A stretch of DNA of 41,676 nucleotides from Marine Group I thaumarchaeote (GTDB lineage: Archaea; Thermoproteota; Nitrososphaeria; Nitrososphaerales; Nitrosopumilaceae). The translations under genes were made by a program, and so were the position numbers. The stretch's first letter is position 1. Each line of letters begins with the position of its first letter. The stretch is from NCBI GenBank assembly GCA_044358425.1, contig CP054849.1:1012622-1054297 (forward strand). Reading direction: 5' to 3'. Positions 11,856 to 22,171 of this stretch are shown here, in pieces. The notes under the pieces were generated by a model. It ran no database searches. It had not been told where the DNA came from and saw nothing but the letters and a program-made list of their open reading frames with translations.

Positions 11856-11922
11856 AGAAGTCTTGCGACAATTCTATTTCATAAAATGTGATTATAAATT
11901 ATGTTATTAGTAATGGAAAAAA

Positions 11923-12369
11923 TTACTTCCAAATTGTAATGGTGGTTGATTTTTCTACAATATTTCCATCTATATCCAATCCTTTAGCAGATATTTTGTA
12001 GACTCCCTCTAATGCGGTGTCACCATCATTTTTTATTTGATCCCATGAAAAAGTAACTTCACCTCTAGGTTCAAGAGTTGAAATTACTTGAGCAGACATT
12101 GGAGAATACATCAATATTCCAGCTAATCCAGTAATTTTTAACCCGTATGACGAATCAGAGAAAGTCAATTCATTAGTTCCAGAATTAACTATTCGAATTT
12201 GAATTAATTCATCTTGCTTAAAATCAAATTTTTCTGTAACAATAGAAAGAGATGAACCTTCAACGTATTCTAATTGAGAGGTATTTTTAAAATCAATTAG
12301 ATAAGTTCCAAAAATAAATGCAGAGATCACGCCAACACCAATGAAAACAACAAGACTTTTAGCTAGCAA
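11923..12369 (-). CDS. Membrane-anchored protein with an Ig-like beta-rich domain
   Basis: N-terminal TM helix, then IRIVNSG...FSWDQ...GVYKISA; TTG start at 12369 avoids overlap with cbf5. Confidence 0.7.
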   Translation of the reverse strand: MLAKSLVVFIGVGVISAFIFGTYLIDFKNTSQLEYVEGSSLSIVTEKFDFKQDELIQIRIVNSGTNELTFSDSSYGLKITGLAGILMYSPMSAQVISTLEPRGEVTFSWDQIKNDGDTALEGVYKISAKGLDIDGNIVEKSTTITIWK

Positions 12370-12395
12370 TTCTTTGAAAATAAATTCAGTATTTT

Positions 12396-13397
12396 TTAAT
12401 CTTTTGGAGCAGTAGGTTTGGTTCTCCATTTTTTAGGATAAGTGTTAGGAGCCATGATAATTCTTTTAGTAACAAATGCATAGCCTTTTGTTGCATCACG
12501 AATTTGTTCTTCATCCATTGTTGATTCAGCTAATGCAACTGCTTCACCTTTTTGCGTATAGATTCCAACAATATCACCTTCTCTCAAATGTGGAGAAATT
12601 TTCAAAATTCCAGGTATTGCAAGCTGAGCACCATGACACATTGCATCAACAGCTGAATCACGAATTACTACAGATTTTAATTCACTTAATGCAAGTTCAA
12701 CAGGTTTTATTATTTCCATTAATTTAGAATCATCTTTTTTTTCTTCCCAGATAGCAAATGCATCAGCAAGCTCATGCAAAGTAACTAATCCATCTTTTTC
12801 ATGAAATTGGTCTACACGACTACGTCTTAATTCAATCATAGTTGCTCCAGGACCTAAAACTTCGCCAATATCATAGTATAATTTTCGAATATATGTTCCT
12901 GCTTCACATAGAATTCTAGTTAAAAGTAATCTTTCTTTTTGTTCGATTAATTCTAATTCATAAATTGTTCTAGTTCTTGTTTGTCTAACAACGGCAGAAC
13001 GTTGAGGTGGTTTTTGAAAAATTTCACCTGTAAACATTTCAATAATTTCAGATAATTTTTCTTTAGAAGGCAATGAATGAACTCTACCCAATGCATGATA
13101 CTCTTTAGGTCCATAAAGTAAAACTCCTAATGCCTTTGTTGCTTCACCTAATCCTAGCGGCAATACTCCAGAAACTTGTGGGTCTAGTGTTCCACTATGT
13201 CCTATTTTGTCAATTTTCAAAATGCGTTTTGTCCATGCAACTGTTTCATGACTTGTCGGACCTGGAGGTTTGTCTAAAAGAATAATTCCATTATCCAATA
13301 ATTGCTCAATTGTTCGTTTATCATAATAAGTTCCATAGGATTCATCAGTGATATCCTGATCAATTTCAATTAAATTTTCTAGTTGTTTTAGAGTCAT
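12396..13397 (-). CDS. cbf5: H/ACA RNA-guided / tRNA pseudouridine synthase Cbf5
   Basis: LDKPPGPTSH, GHSGTLDP catalytic Asp, CEAGTYIR, C-terminal PUA domain. Confidence 0.95.
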   Translation of the reverse strand: MTLKQLENLIEIDQDITDESYGTYYDKRTIEQLLDNGIILLDKPPGPTSHETVAWTKRILKIDKIGHSGTLDPQVSGVLPLGLGEATKALGVLLYGPKEYHALGRVHSLPSKEKLSEIIEMFTGEIFQKPPQRSAVVRQTRTRTIYELELIEQKERLLLTRILCEAGTYIRKLYYDIGEVLGPGATMIELRRSRVDQFHEKDGLVTLHELADAFAIWEEKKDDSKLMEIIKPVELALSELKSVVIRDSAVDAMCHGAQLAIPGILKISPHLREGDIVGIYTQKGEAVALAESTMDEEQIRDATKGYAFVTKRIIMAPNTYPKKWRTKPTAPKD

Positions 13398-13954
13398 AGC
13401 AATTTTCTCACGGTTTCAGTAGTCACATCAATTACTTGATTTGCAGATAAATTATCAGTATTAATGATTACATCAAACACAGCTTTATCATCGCCAAAGC
13501 TGAATCCATATAGTTTTTTGTACAGTGCTTTATTTTTATCAAAACGAGATTTTGTAATTTCATATGCATTTTCTGAGCTCATATTGTCTCTTGTTTGCAT
13601 TCTTTTAGTGCTGCTTGCGTGAGAACCCTCTAACCAAATTTTTATTCCATCTTCAATTAGCCATGGTAACGTATAACTTGTAATTACCATTCCACCTTGT
13701 TTAAATAAATCAGTCAATTTTTTATCTAAATTTTTATCAAATTCAGAATTCTGCTCACGTTGATTTAGAAATTTGAGTCCTTCTTTAGTATCCCACCAAT
13801 CATCGCCATCAGAATCAAATCCTTGTTCTTTAGCCATTTCTTTTAGAACATCTCCACCACTAAGATATTGTAAATTAAATTCTTTAGCTAATCCTTTAGC
13901 AACAGTTGTTTTTCCGACTGCAGGAGGGCCAGATATTACGATAGATTTTGTCAA
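13394..13954 (-). CDS. cmk: Cytidylate kinase, archaeal type
   Basis: ISGPPAVGKTT P-loop; usual position next to cbf5. Confidence 0.88.
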   Translation of the reverse strand: MTKSIVISGPPAVGKTTVAKGLAKEFNLQYLSGGDVLKEMAKEQGFDSDGDDWWDTKEGLKFLNQREQNSEFDKNLDKKLTDLFKQGGMVITSYTLPWLIEDGIKIWLEGSHASSTKRMQTRDNMSSENAYEITKSRFDKNKALYKKLYGFSFGDDKAVFDVIINTDNLSANQVIDVTTETVRKLL

Positions 13955-14580
13955 CCTAGATCCATTGATGTTTTAGTGATTCTCATAATGATTCCACTAA
14001 ATGCAATAGAAGAAAGGAAGTACCAAGCCCATAGCATTAGATGGTTTTCTTTACCAAAACAAATGTGTGTTGCATCCAAAGCTTGTTCTGCAGTACAAGT
14101 TAATTGGAACATATCTCCAGGTATCACATTAAGTGGTATTGGAGAAATTGCTACTGTGTATGTAAATAGTTGTGGCAATACAAGATAGAAAATTAGAATT
14201 AATGGAACAAAAGTAATCATCATTGGTCGCATATTCATTTGCATCATCTCCATGGACATTTTGTTCATGTAGGAAGATTTTTTGTTTAGTTCAGCGGATC
14301 TTGCAGTATCTTTAGATCTCATTGCAGCCATTCTTTCTTTTTGCCATGCTCTAGTTTCTTTCATAATTCTCTTTAGTTTGGTTTGATCAACCATTTTTCT
14401 TCTAACTGCAGAATTGAAAATATTTAGCAAAATACCAAATCCAGATACAGCAAACATGGATATGATTAGACCTTTGATTATTGGATCATCACTGCCAAGA
14501 GCCATTCTTTCACCACCTAGGAAATCAGGTAGTTGTAAAAATGCTGAGTCGATAAAGAGTAGAATAAAGTTGAAATCCAT
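13951..14580 (-). CDS. EMC3/TMCO1 (DUF106, Oxa1 superfamily) membrane protein
   Basis: TM1, coiled coil, RPMMITFVP TM2, WAWYFLSS TM3; downstream of adk. Confidence 0.88.
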   Translation of the reverse strand: MDFNFILLFIDSAFLQLPDFLGGERMALGSDDPIIKGLIISMFAVSGFGILLNIFNSAVRRKMVDQTKLKRIMKETRAWQKERMAAMRSKDTARSAELNKKSSYMNKMSMEMMQMNMRPMMITFVPLILIFYLVLPQLFTYTVAISPIPLNVIPGDMFQLTCTAEQALDATHICFGKENHLMLWAWYFLSSIAFSGIIMRITKTSMDLG

Positions 14581-14584
14581 GTTT

Positions 14585-15163
14585 TTACAGTCCTATTGCC
14601 TTAATTATTTTATCAGCTGCTTCTTCAATCTTTCCCTCACCATTAAGAACATGTCTGACTGGGGAGCCTGTAATTACAGCACATGCAGAAATCATACCAG
14701 TTTGATAATCAAGCTCCTTCTTAATGTTAGCTAGTGTGATTTTATCTCGATTTCTAGTGTCATCTTTCATCCTTCTATTGTAGATTTCTTCAGGTTTTGC
14801 TGCAACTGAAACAAAGTTACTGGGTTGAATAATTTTCAAAACATGTTCAGGTAATCCAGGATAATATCCTTCAGGGGAACTAATGAATGCGTGTGTATCA
14901 ATAATTACGACTTCTTCATCATGTGTGGCAATTTTTTCTGCAGCAATTTTTTGAAGACGTTGTTGTTCTATTACAGATAATTTTCTTAAATCATCTCTAT
15001 TTTCTAATCCATTTTCTTTAGCGACGTCAAACATCAAAGTACCATAATTAATTACAATGACATTTTTCTTGTGATCCTTTAAAATATCAACCATTGTTGT
15101 TAACAAAGTACTTTTCCCAACACCTGGGATTCCAACCATGAGAATTTTTTTATTTTCTACCAA
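14585..15163 (-). CDS. adkA: Adenylate kinase, archaeal type
   Basis: GIPGVGKST, RDDLRKL, IDTH, GYYPGLP; TTG start overlapping the secY end. Confidence 0.93.
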   Translation of the reverse strand: MVENKKILMVGIPGVGKSTLLTTMVDILKDHKKNVIVINYGTLMFDVAKENGLENRDDLRKLSVIEQQRLQKIAAEKIATHDEEVVIIDTHAFISSPEGYYPGLPEHVLKIIQPSNFVSVAAKPEEIYNRRMKDDTRNRDKITLANIKKELDYQTGMISACAVITGSPVRHVLNGEGKIEEAADKIIKAIGL

Positions 15164-16583
15164 GTATAGCACCCAACCGTGGCATAACAACTTCTACTTG
15201 TTCTCTAACTAATTGTGTGTAATAATTAATGAGAATATCTACCATAAGTAAGATTCCAATTCCAGATCCAAATACACCAAGGACATCTGATACTCCTGCC
15301 AAAAGTCCTAAAATCATAGAACCAATAATTGTAACAGATGGAATGTATTTGTTCAATAATGCCTCAACAGGCTTGTTTGATCTTCTAAATCCAGGAATTT
15401 GTACATCTGCATCAAGTAAGTTTTGAGCTGCACTCTTTGGAGATAATCCACCAAGTTCAACCCATAATCTACCAAATACAACTACAATTCCAATCATAAA
15501 CAAAACATATCCTACAGCTCTCATAGGATCAAGGGCTGCAACATCTAAACCACGAGGTGGTGTCATGTAGTAAATGAATCCTCCAACAGGAGTAGAAGGA
15601 CTTGTAGGATCGAATTGAGCTATAAAGTTTACAAAGAAATTATTGTTACGTGGATTAAATTGAGACCAAATCATTTGGAATACAAATACAGCGTTTGCAG
15701 TTAGTGCAGATGCTAAAATTACTGGAATGTTAGAAACATACATCAATTTGATAGGATAAACAGCCTGAAATCCTCTATATTTGGTAGAAACGATTGGAAT
15801 TTCAATTTTCATACCTTGTGTAAATACAAGTATCAGCAAAATTCCTGCTGTCAGGAACAATCCAAAGATACTAGGCAGTTGATTTGAACGGAATAAGACA
15901 TTTCCAATATCACCACTTCCAGTTAAAGATTCTACAAGATATGGAATAATACCAATCATGCCACCATCACCCGCAGGTAATGGACTGAACATACTCCAAA
16001 GAATTTGTTGAGCAACACCTGCCATAATGAATAAACTAATTCCACTACCAAGTCCCCAACCCTTTTGAATTAATTCGTCTAAGAACATGATAATTATCGA
16101 CGCGGCCATCAGCTGCCCTATAATCACATACAGGACATACGGCTCAGATGCTGCACCACCATATACAGCGGCAGCATAAACAATAGATTCAACTACAATT
16201 ACAATGTAAGTTACAATTTTTGTTGCAGTCTGAAAAATTCCTCTTTCTTCAGGTTTTTTGAAATCAAATTTTAGGATATCAGAACCTCTCAACAATTGCA
16301 TCAAGAGTCCAGAAGTTACAATCGGTCCAATTCCCAATTCAACTAAAGTACCTTGTTGGGATGCAAAAATAACTCTAGCAAAAGCTAGAAAATCAAATTC
16401 AGGAGTTGTTGCTCCAAATAATGGAGTTTGTCCCATTACCATGTAGATAAGTAATGCAACCCCACACCAAAGTAATCTGGTTGGTAATGGAATTTTCTTT
16501 TTAGGTTTTGGAACTTGAGGTAAATATGGCTCTGCTTTGAAAACTACTTTTCTAATAATTGAAGTTAGAGTACCTTCAGCCAT
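15150..16583 (-). CDS. secY: Protein translocase subunit SecY
   Basis: ELGIGPIVT, GWGLGSGISLFI, YVSNIPVIL, IPGFR; multiple TMs. Confidence 0.97.
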   Translation of the reverse strand: MAEGTLTSIIRKVVFKAEPYLPQVPKPKKKIPLPTRLLWCGVALLIYMVMGQTPLFGATTPEFDFLAFARVIFASQQGTLVELGIGPIVTSGLLMQLLRGSDILKFDFKKPEERGIFQTATKIVTYIVIVVESIVYAAAVYGGAASEPYVLYVIIGQLMAASIIIMFLDELIQKGWGLGSGISLFIMAGVAQQILWSMFSPLPAGDGGMIGIIPYLVESLTGSGDIGNVLFRSNQLPSIFGLFLTAGILLILVFTQGMKIEIPIVSTKYRGFQAVYPIKLMYVSNIPVILASALTANAVFVFQMIWSQFNPRNNNFFVNFIAQFDPTSPSTPVGGFIYYMTPPRGLDVAALDPMRAVGYVLFMIGIVVVFGRLWVELGGLSPKSAAQNLLDADVQIPGFRRSNKPVEALLNKYIPSVTIIGSMILGLLAGVSDVLGVFGSGIGILLMVDILINYYTQLVREQVEVVMPRLGAILGRK

Positions 16584-16596
16584 TCTCAGTTAACAC

Positions 16597-17043
16597 CTAA
16601 GCCTCTTCAGGTTTTTTATCTGTTGAAGATTGAACAATTTCTCCACCAACGGCTTTTAGTTTTTCTTCAGCTGATGCAGTGAAATTTTCTATTTTTACAG
16701 AATATCCATTGGAAATGTTTCCACCACCAAGAAGTTTATCATATCCTGCACTTTCAAGGTCTACGATTTTCTTTCCACCTTCTTCTTTACCAAATTTGGT
16801 GAATAAATCATCTAAATCTCTAACACTTGCCCATTTTTTTGTGATGTTTGGGTGAGGAGGACTAGTTGATTCATGTCCATAATGATCTGGTTCATCTTTT
16901 AGTAAACTGCTGTAATGATGTTTTTGGAAACCGGTAACTCCAAGACCGCCTTTATGACCACTTGCACGGTGTTGACCTACTTGGCCCCATCCCATGTGTC
17001 TGCCACCTCTTAGTCTTCGAGTTTTTCGCAATCTAGTTGCCAT
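16597..17043 (-). CDS. rpl15: 50S ribosomal protein uL15
   Basis: RKTRRLRGGRHMGWG, KLLGGG, FTASAEEKLKAVGG. Confidence 0.95.
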   Translation of the reverse strand: MATRLRKTRRLRGGRHMGWGQVGQHRASGHKGGLGVTGFQKHHYSSLLKDEPDHYGHESTSPPHPNITKKWASVRDLDDLFTKFGKEEGGKKIVDLESAGYDKLLGGGNISNGYSVKIENFTASAEEKLKAVGGEIVQSSTDKKPEEA

Positions 17044-17044
17044 C

Positions 17045-17512
17045 TTAAATCATTCTCCTAACTATAGTATCAAGTTCTTTGTTAGAACCAAGAATACCTT
17101 TTTGTCCATATAATTTCTTAGTACTTTTCTTGAATCCATGAACTGGTGGTGCTAAAGCAAACCAAGGTTTTAGTGGTTTTAATTTTGATAATGATGTTTT
17201 TCCATCAGCTAAAGCGGCTCCAAGTTCTGCAGCATTTGCAAATCCTAGTTCCTTAAGATCTTCATCAGTAATTTTTTGATAACCACCTTTTCTGGCTTTC
17301 TTTTCAACTAATTCTTGAGCTAAAGTAGCATCAAGTTCAATCCATGAGACATAATGTTGTACCTTTCTTAACATTCCCAATGTATTGTCTTTTGCAGGTA
17401 AAATTGTAGCACGATATTTTTTATCTAATTTTAATAGAGTCATTGTATGAGTGGCCCAATAAGGACAGTCTGCTTGACCCTTGATTCTTACAACGAGATA
17501 TGCATTTGCCAT
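17045..17512 (-). CDS. rpl30: 50S ribosomal protein uL30
   Basis: LVVRIKG, GMLRKVQHYVSW, FALAPP; position in the spc block. Confidence 0.95.
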   Translation of the reverse strand: MANAYLVVRIKGQADCPYWATHTMTLLKLDKKYRATILPAKDNTLGMLRKVQHYVSWIELDATLAQELVEKKARKGGYQKITDEDLKELGFANAAELGAALADGKTSLSKLKPLKPWFALAPPVHGFKKSTKKLYGQKGILGSNKELDTIVRRMI

Positions 17513-17516
17513 TTTA

Positions 17517-18230
17517 TTATCCTTGACTGAATGTCTGTCTTAGACAATCCAGTACTGCTTTTGATGTTGAATTCATTGTAGGAGTTGAACCTTTTGCGGT
17601 GGTCCATGCATCCTTTAATCCTGCTAATTCTAATAATCTCTTAATTTTTCCACCTGCAACTAAACCTAATCCACGAGGTGCAGGAATGATTTCAATAGTT
17701 ACACTTCCACCTTTTCCCTTTACTTTGAATGGAACAGAATGTTTTTGATCACATTTACATTCCCAACTGCCACATCCCATTTTAATTGGATTAATGTTTA
17801 GGAAAGCTTGACTAGTTGCTTTTTCAATTGCGATTCTCATTTGTTTTGATTTACCTTGACCAATTCCCAAGTATCCATTTTCATTGCCTGCTGCAACAAT
17901 TGCTTTGAATCTTGTTGATTGACCATTAGATGTCATTTTTTGAATAATTCCAACATCGACAACTTCACTTTTCAAATCAGGTAATAGTTTTTTAATAATT
18001 CCAGATTCTTGAATTCTTAATCCAGCTTCTAAAATTTCTTCAACAGAAGTAATTTCTCCAGCTGCAACTTTTTGTCCTAAGATAGTTTTTGGTACCCAAA
18101 CTTCTTCTTCTGGTTCTCTTCTTGGTCTTCTAGGTTTGGATGCTTCTGTTCCAGGTGGGCCTCTTCCATATACTGGTGGGCCTCTTCCCCTTCCACCTTG
18201 TCCAGGTTTAGATTGTGTTGCTTGACTCAT
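17517..18230 (-). CDS. rps5: 30S ribosomal protein uS5
   Basis: WVPKTILG, GCGSWEC, HSVPFKV, PAPRGLGLVAG. Confidence 0.96.
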   Translation of the reverse strand: MSQATQSKPGQGGRGRGPPVYGRGPPGTEASKPRRPRREPEEEVWVPKTILGQKVAAGEITSVEEILEAGLRIQESGIIKKLLPDLKSEVVDVGIIQKMTSNGQSTRFKAIVAAGNENGYLGIGQGKSKQMRIAIEKATSQAFLNINPIKMGCGSWECKCDQKHSVPFKVKGKGGSVTIEIIPAPRGLGLVAGGKIKRLLELAGLKDAWTTAKGSTPTMNSTSKAVLDCLRQTFSQG

Positions 18231-18232
18231 AT

Positions 18233-18715
18233 CTATTTGACCTCACTATCTATGGTAGATTTAATTTTAGAAATTTCATTTTTTACAGTTAAGTGTTCAC
18301 CATTAATTCTTTCATCTGCAGGAAAAGTTTCTGAATCAGCTGGAACTTCAAGACCAGCATCAATAACTCCTTTCAAAGCTGCTGCCATTCTTTGTGTATA
18401 ACGTTTAGTACCAGTATACAAAATTGCATCCTTTGCTCCTTTACCTAATGCTTTCTTACCTGCCAAATAGCCAGTAAGATATGCTGCAGAGATACTTTTT
18501 CTAGATCCTTTCCAGCCTTTTTCAAGTAAATATCTAGAATGTGCTGATGCAACAACGGTATCTCCAGTCATTCCAGGTTTAAGGACTTGAACTTGTGTAT
18601 TCTCATTTGAAATATGTACAGTAATGAAATCACGTTTACCCATCAACATGGTTCCACGTTTACGATAATTGGTCTTTTCCTCTCTAAGTCTTCTCAATAT
18701 TTTTGAATAGGCCAT
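18233..18715 (-). CDS. rpl18: 50S ribosomal protein uL18
   Basis: RRLREEKTNYRKR, AAYLTGYLAG, RINGEHL. Confidence 0.94.
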   Translation of the reverse strand: MAYSKILRRLREEKTNYRKRGTMLMGKRDFITVHISNENTQVQVLKPGMTGDTVVASAHSRYLLEKGWKGSRKSISAAYLTGYLAGKKALGKGAKDAILYTGTKRYTQRMAAALKGVIDAGLEVPADSETFPADERINGEHLTVKNEISKIKSTIDSEVK

Positions 18716-18751
18716 CTACAGGATCTGACTTTGAAACTGCTATTATATACG

Positions 18752-19666
18752 TTAAGCGTGAAGCAGTGCTGAAAGCAGTGCTTTTTGAGAATGAAGTCTA
18801 TTTTCTGCCTCATCCCAGACTACTGATTGAGGTCCATCAATTACAGATGCAGTTACTTCTTGTTCACGTTTTGCAGGAAGGCAATGTAAGAAGATCGCAT
18901 TTTTCTTTGCTAGAGCCATGATTTTGTCATTAATTTGATATTTTGGAAGGAATTTTTTGATTCTTTTTGGATCGTCATTGTGAATTGAAGAATATGTGTC
19001 AGTGACCACAACATCAGCATTTTCAGCAGCCTTTTTTGGATCGGTTGTTAACTCAATATCAGTTAAATTTTGAGAGACTTGGACAGTTGATTTTTTTGGT
19101 TGGAATCCTTTAGGTGTTGCAATAGTCATTTTAACTCCAGATAAAGCAGCACCATAAATCATAGAATTACAAACATTATTTCCATCTCCAATCCAAGCAA
19201 TTTTCAAACCTTTGAAAGATTTTTTCTTTTCTTTAATTGTCATAAAATCTGCCAAAATTTGACAAGGATGAAATGAATCAGATAACCCATTAATTACAGG
19301 AACATTTGCATGTTCAGATAATTTATCAAGTAAAGAGTGATCATAAACACGTGCCATTATACAATCAGTATAACGAGAAAGAGTTTTTGCAGTATCTTCA
19401 ACAGACTCACCACGAGATAACTGTGTGTCATTTGATGATAAATTAATTGCATGACCTCCTAATTGATACATTCCAGTTTCAAAACTTACACGTGTTCGAG
19501 TTGACGGTTTTTGAAAAATCATAGTTAGTGTTTTATTTTTTAGTACGGGTTTGTTTCCACCTTTTTTCAATTCTTTTTTTAATTTAATAGAATGATCAAT
19601 TAATCCCAAAAATTCTTTTGGAGTTAGTTCTGCTAAAGTGAGTAAATTTTTTGTTTTAATTTTCAT
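18752..19666 (-). CDS. argF: Ornithine carbamoyltransferase
   Basis: KPSTRTR, HPCQ, GDGNNV, HCLP, AENRLH. Confidence 0.95.
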   Translation of the reverse strand: MKIKTKNLLTLAELTPKEFLGLIDHSIKLKKELKKGGNKPVLKNKTLTMIFQKPSTRTRVSFETGMYQLGGHAINLSSNDTQLSRGESVEDTAKTLSRYTDCIMARVYDHSLLDKLSEHANVPVINGLSDSFHPCQILADFMTIKEKKKSFKGLKIAWIGDGNNVCNSMIYGAALSGVKMTIATPKGFQPKKSTVQVSQNLTDIELTTDPKKAAENADVVVTDTYSSIHNDDPKRIKKFLPKYQINDKIMALAKKNAIFLHCLPAKREQEVTASVIDGPQSVVWDEAENRLHSQKALLSALLHA

Positions 19667-20952
19667 TTTTTAAACCGTCCAAATAATCCTCGTTTCTTTT
19701 TAGGTTCTTCTTCTTTATCTTGTTTATGTATATCTTCATTGTCAGATGAAATTACCTTTGATTCTCCAGGTTTAGGTTTGCCATCCTTAATCCATTTACG
19801 AATTGTATTTCCTAATTTGATAGCTTCAGTATCAGATTCTGGTGGTGGGATGTCAAATAGATCAGAATATTTTGCAATCTCATCATCTGTGATTCCATAA
19901 AATGGATCATCAGAAACGGGTTCTGGTTCAGGGGTTGGTTCAGGTGTTGGTTCTGGTGTTGGTTCTGGTGGTGGTTCTGGTGTTGGTTCTGGTTCAGAAG
20001 ATTCTTTTAATTTTGATACATCTGTTTGTTCTATTTTTACATCATTTAATGAACCAAAAACAGTTTCCAAAAAGATGTTTTTATCAAAGGATTTTAAATC
20101 AGAGTATTCTTGTCCTGTCCCAAGATAAAGAACAGGTGTAGAAGTAACTTTTGCAATAGATAATGCAGCACCACCTTTTGCATCAGCATCACTTTTTGTC
20201 AAAATAGAGCCATCAAATTTCACATGGTTATGAAATTCACGTGCTTGATTTACAGTATCATTTCCAGCTAAAGAATCACCAACAAAAATGGTCATATCCG
20301 GATTTACAACTTTAGTGATTTTTGCAATTTGTTCCATCAAATTTTTACTAGTTTGCATTCTACCTGCAGTGTCAATTAAAACACAATCAGTTTTATGAGA
20401 TTTTGCGTATAAAACAGCATCTCGTGCTACTGCTGCAGGATCAGATTCATAATTTTGTGCAACTAGTTTTAGATTTAGACGATTTGTATGTTCACGTAAT
20501 TGCTCTATTGCACCAGCTCTAAAGGTGTCAGCAGCAGCAATTACAACTGAATATTTTTTCTCTTGAAGTAATGATGCAAATTTTGCTAAAGAAGTAGTTT
20601 TTCCAGTTCCATTAATTCCTACAAACACAATCAAAAAAGGCTGTTCCTTTTTCTTTTTCTCATCAATTTTTTCAAAAATATCTATATCTCCAACACTATC
20701 AAATAAACTTGAAATTATAGAAATTAAATTATCTTTAACAAATTTTTCAATTTCATTTTTATCAACTTTGGAACCAATTAATTTTTCTTTTAAATCAGAT
20801 TTTATCGAGTCAATTACTTCACCAGCTACATCAGATTCTAAAAGAGAAATTTCAAGTTCAAAAAGAATATCTTCAATATCTTTTTCATTAAGTTCTTTTT
20901 CTCCAAGACTTTTAGCAGCATTGGAAAACGCCTTACGAAGACTATCAAACAT
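19663..20952 (-). CDS. ftsY: SRP receptor FtsY with a C-terminal Pro/Glu/Thr linker and extension
   Basis: GINGTGKTT, DTFRAGA, DTAGR, TKSD, GTGQ. Confidence 0.95.
   Translation of the reverse strand: MFDSLRKAFSNAAKSLGEKELNEKDIEDILFELEISLLESDVAGEVIDSIKSDLKEKLIGSKVDKNEIEKFVKDNLISIISSLFDSVGDIDIFEKIDEKKKKEQPFLIVFVGINGTGKTTSLAKFASLLQEKKYSVVIAAADTFRAGAIEQLREHTNRLNLKLVAQNYESDPAAVARDAVLYAKSHKTDCVLIDTAGRMQTSKNLMEQIAKITKVVNPDMTIFVGDSLAGNDTVNQAREFHNHVKFDGSILTKSDADAKGGAALSIAKVTSTPVLYLGTGQEYSDLKSFDKNIFLETVFGSLNDVKIEQTDVSKLKESSEPEPTPEPPPEPTPEPTPEPTPEPEPVSDDPFYGITDDEIAKYSDLFDIPPPESDTEAIKLGNTIRKWIKDGKPKPGESKVISSDNEDIHKQDKEEEPKKKRGLFGRFKK
19918..19995 (-). repeat. Coding tandem repeat, 12-bp unit encoding EPTP
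   Basis: Imperfect ggtgttggttct iterations encoding EPEPTPEPPPEPTPEPTPEPTPEPEP. Confidence 0.9.
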
Positions 20953-20955
20953 ATT

Positions 20956-21381
20956 CTATCCCATTTTTGGTGGTTGTTGAGATTGCATTAATTGATTAAT
21001 TTGTGCTCGACCTTGTTCCAATCTATTTGCAGCATCTTGTTTTTTGGCTGCAGTATCCTGTAAAGCAATTTCAATTTCTTTGATTCTAGCTTCAAAATAA
21101 TTTATTGCAGCAGGAAAATCTTTTTCAACTGCAACACCTGCACCAATGTTTACAACAATTTTGTTATTAGATGAGATTTTTGTTGGAACATATGCTCCCA
21201 TTCCAAGAGGAACTAAAGTATCAGAATCAGGTTGAGTACCAAGAGATTTAATGGATTCAATAGCAGCAGTAGCTTCTCGTAAAATACTTACAAAAGTTCC
21301 TTCTCTTTGAGATAGATCAGAGAAATACGTTTCTAGCATTTGCATCTGTTGCATTAATTGTTCAGCCTGTTGTTCACTCAT
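20956..21381 (-). CDS. pfdA: Prefoldin alpha subunit
   Basis: Coiled coil - LVPLGMGAYV / VVNIGAGVAVEK hairpins - coiled coil; upstream of ftsY. Confidence 0.93.
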   Translation of the reverse strand: MSEQQAEQLMQQMQMLETYFSDLSQREGTFVSILREATAAIESIKSLGTQPDSDTLVPLGMGAYVPTKISSNNKIVVNIGAGVAVEKDFPAAINYFEARIKEIEIALQDTAAKKQDAANRLEQGRAQINQLMQSQQPPKMG

Positions 21382-21470
21382 GTATAACAAATCATGCTCA
21401 GATGGTTATAAATTCATTCATGAAGTAAATTTAGAAATTAAAAAATAAATAAAAAAATAAAGAACTATCT

Positions 21471-22094
21471 TTATTGTAGTGCTTTAGAGAATCTATCTTC
21501 TACTTCATCCCAGTTTACTACATTCCACCATGCTTCAATGTATACTGGTCTTTTGTTTTGATAGTTTAGATAGTATGCGTGTTCCCAAACATCACAACCC
21601 AATAACGGAACTAATCCCTCTGTTCTTGGACTAGTTTGATTTGGCATTGATTTGTATTCAACTTTAGATGTTGAAGGATTGTATACTAACCATCCCCAAC
21701 CACTGCCTTGAATTACTGCAGTAGTAGATGAGAATTTCTCTTTAAAGTCAGCAAAACTTCCAAAGGAATCATTGATTGCATCAGCAACTGCTCCTCCAGG
21801 TTCACCGCCTCCATTTTGTTTCATGCTATTCCAAAATAACCTGTGGTTATCATAACCACCGCCGTTGAAATTAATTGCACCTCGTTTGTCTTCAGGAACT
21901 GAATTAATATCAGATAAGATATCTAAGATATCTTTTTCTTGAATTTCAGTTGGACATGTTTCAAGTGCTGCATTTAATTTGTCGGTATATGTTTGATGAT
22001 GTTTTGTGTGATGAATCTCCATTGTTTTTGCATCAATGTGAGGTTCTAATGCATCATAAGCATATGGCATTTCAGGAAGTGTGTATTTTCCCAT
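21471..22094 (-). CDS. sod: Fe/Mn superoxide dismutase
   Basis: LEPHID, HHTKHH, GSGWGW, DVWEHAYY. Confidence 0.96.
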   Translation of the reverse strand: MGKYTLPEMPYAYDALEPHIDAKTMEIHHTKHHQTYTDKLNAALETCPTEIQEKDILDILSDINSVPEDKRGAINFNGGGYDNHRLFWNSMKQNGGGEPGGAVADAINDSFGSFADFKEKFSSTTAVIQGSGWGWLVYNPSTSKVEYKSMPNQTSPRTEGLVPLLGCDVWEHAYYLNYQNKRPVYIEAWWNVVNWDEVEDRFSKALQ

Positions 22095-22171
22095 GAGTTA
22101 ATTTAATTTTCTATTCCATTTATTGCTTTAGTAAACAATTCATTTTTACTTGTTAAAAAACTAAAAAATTC

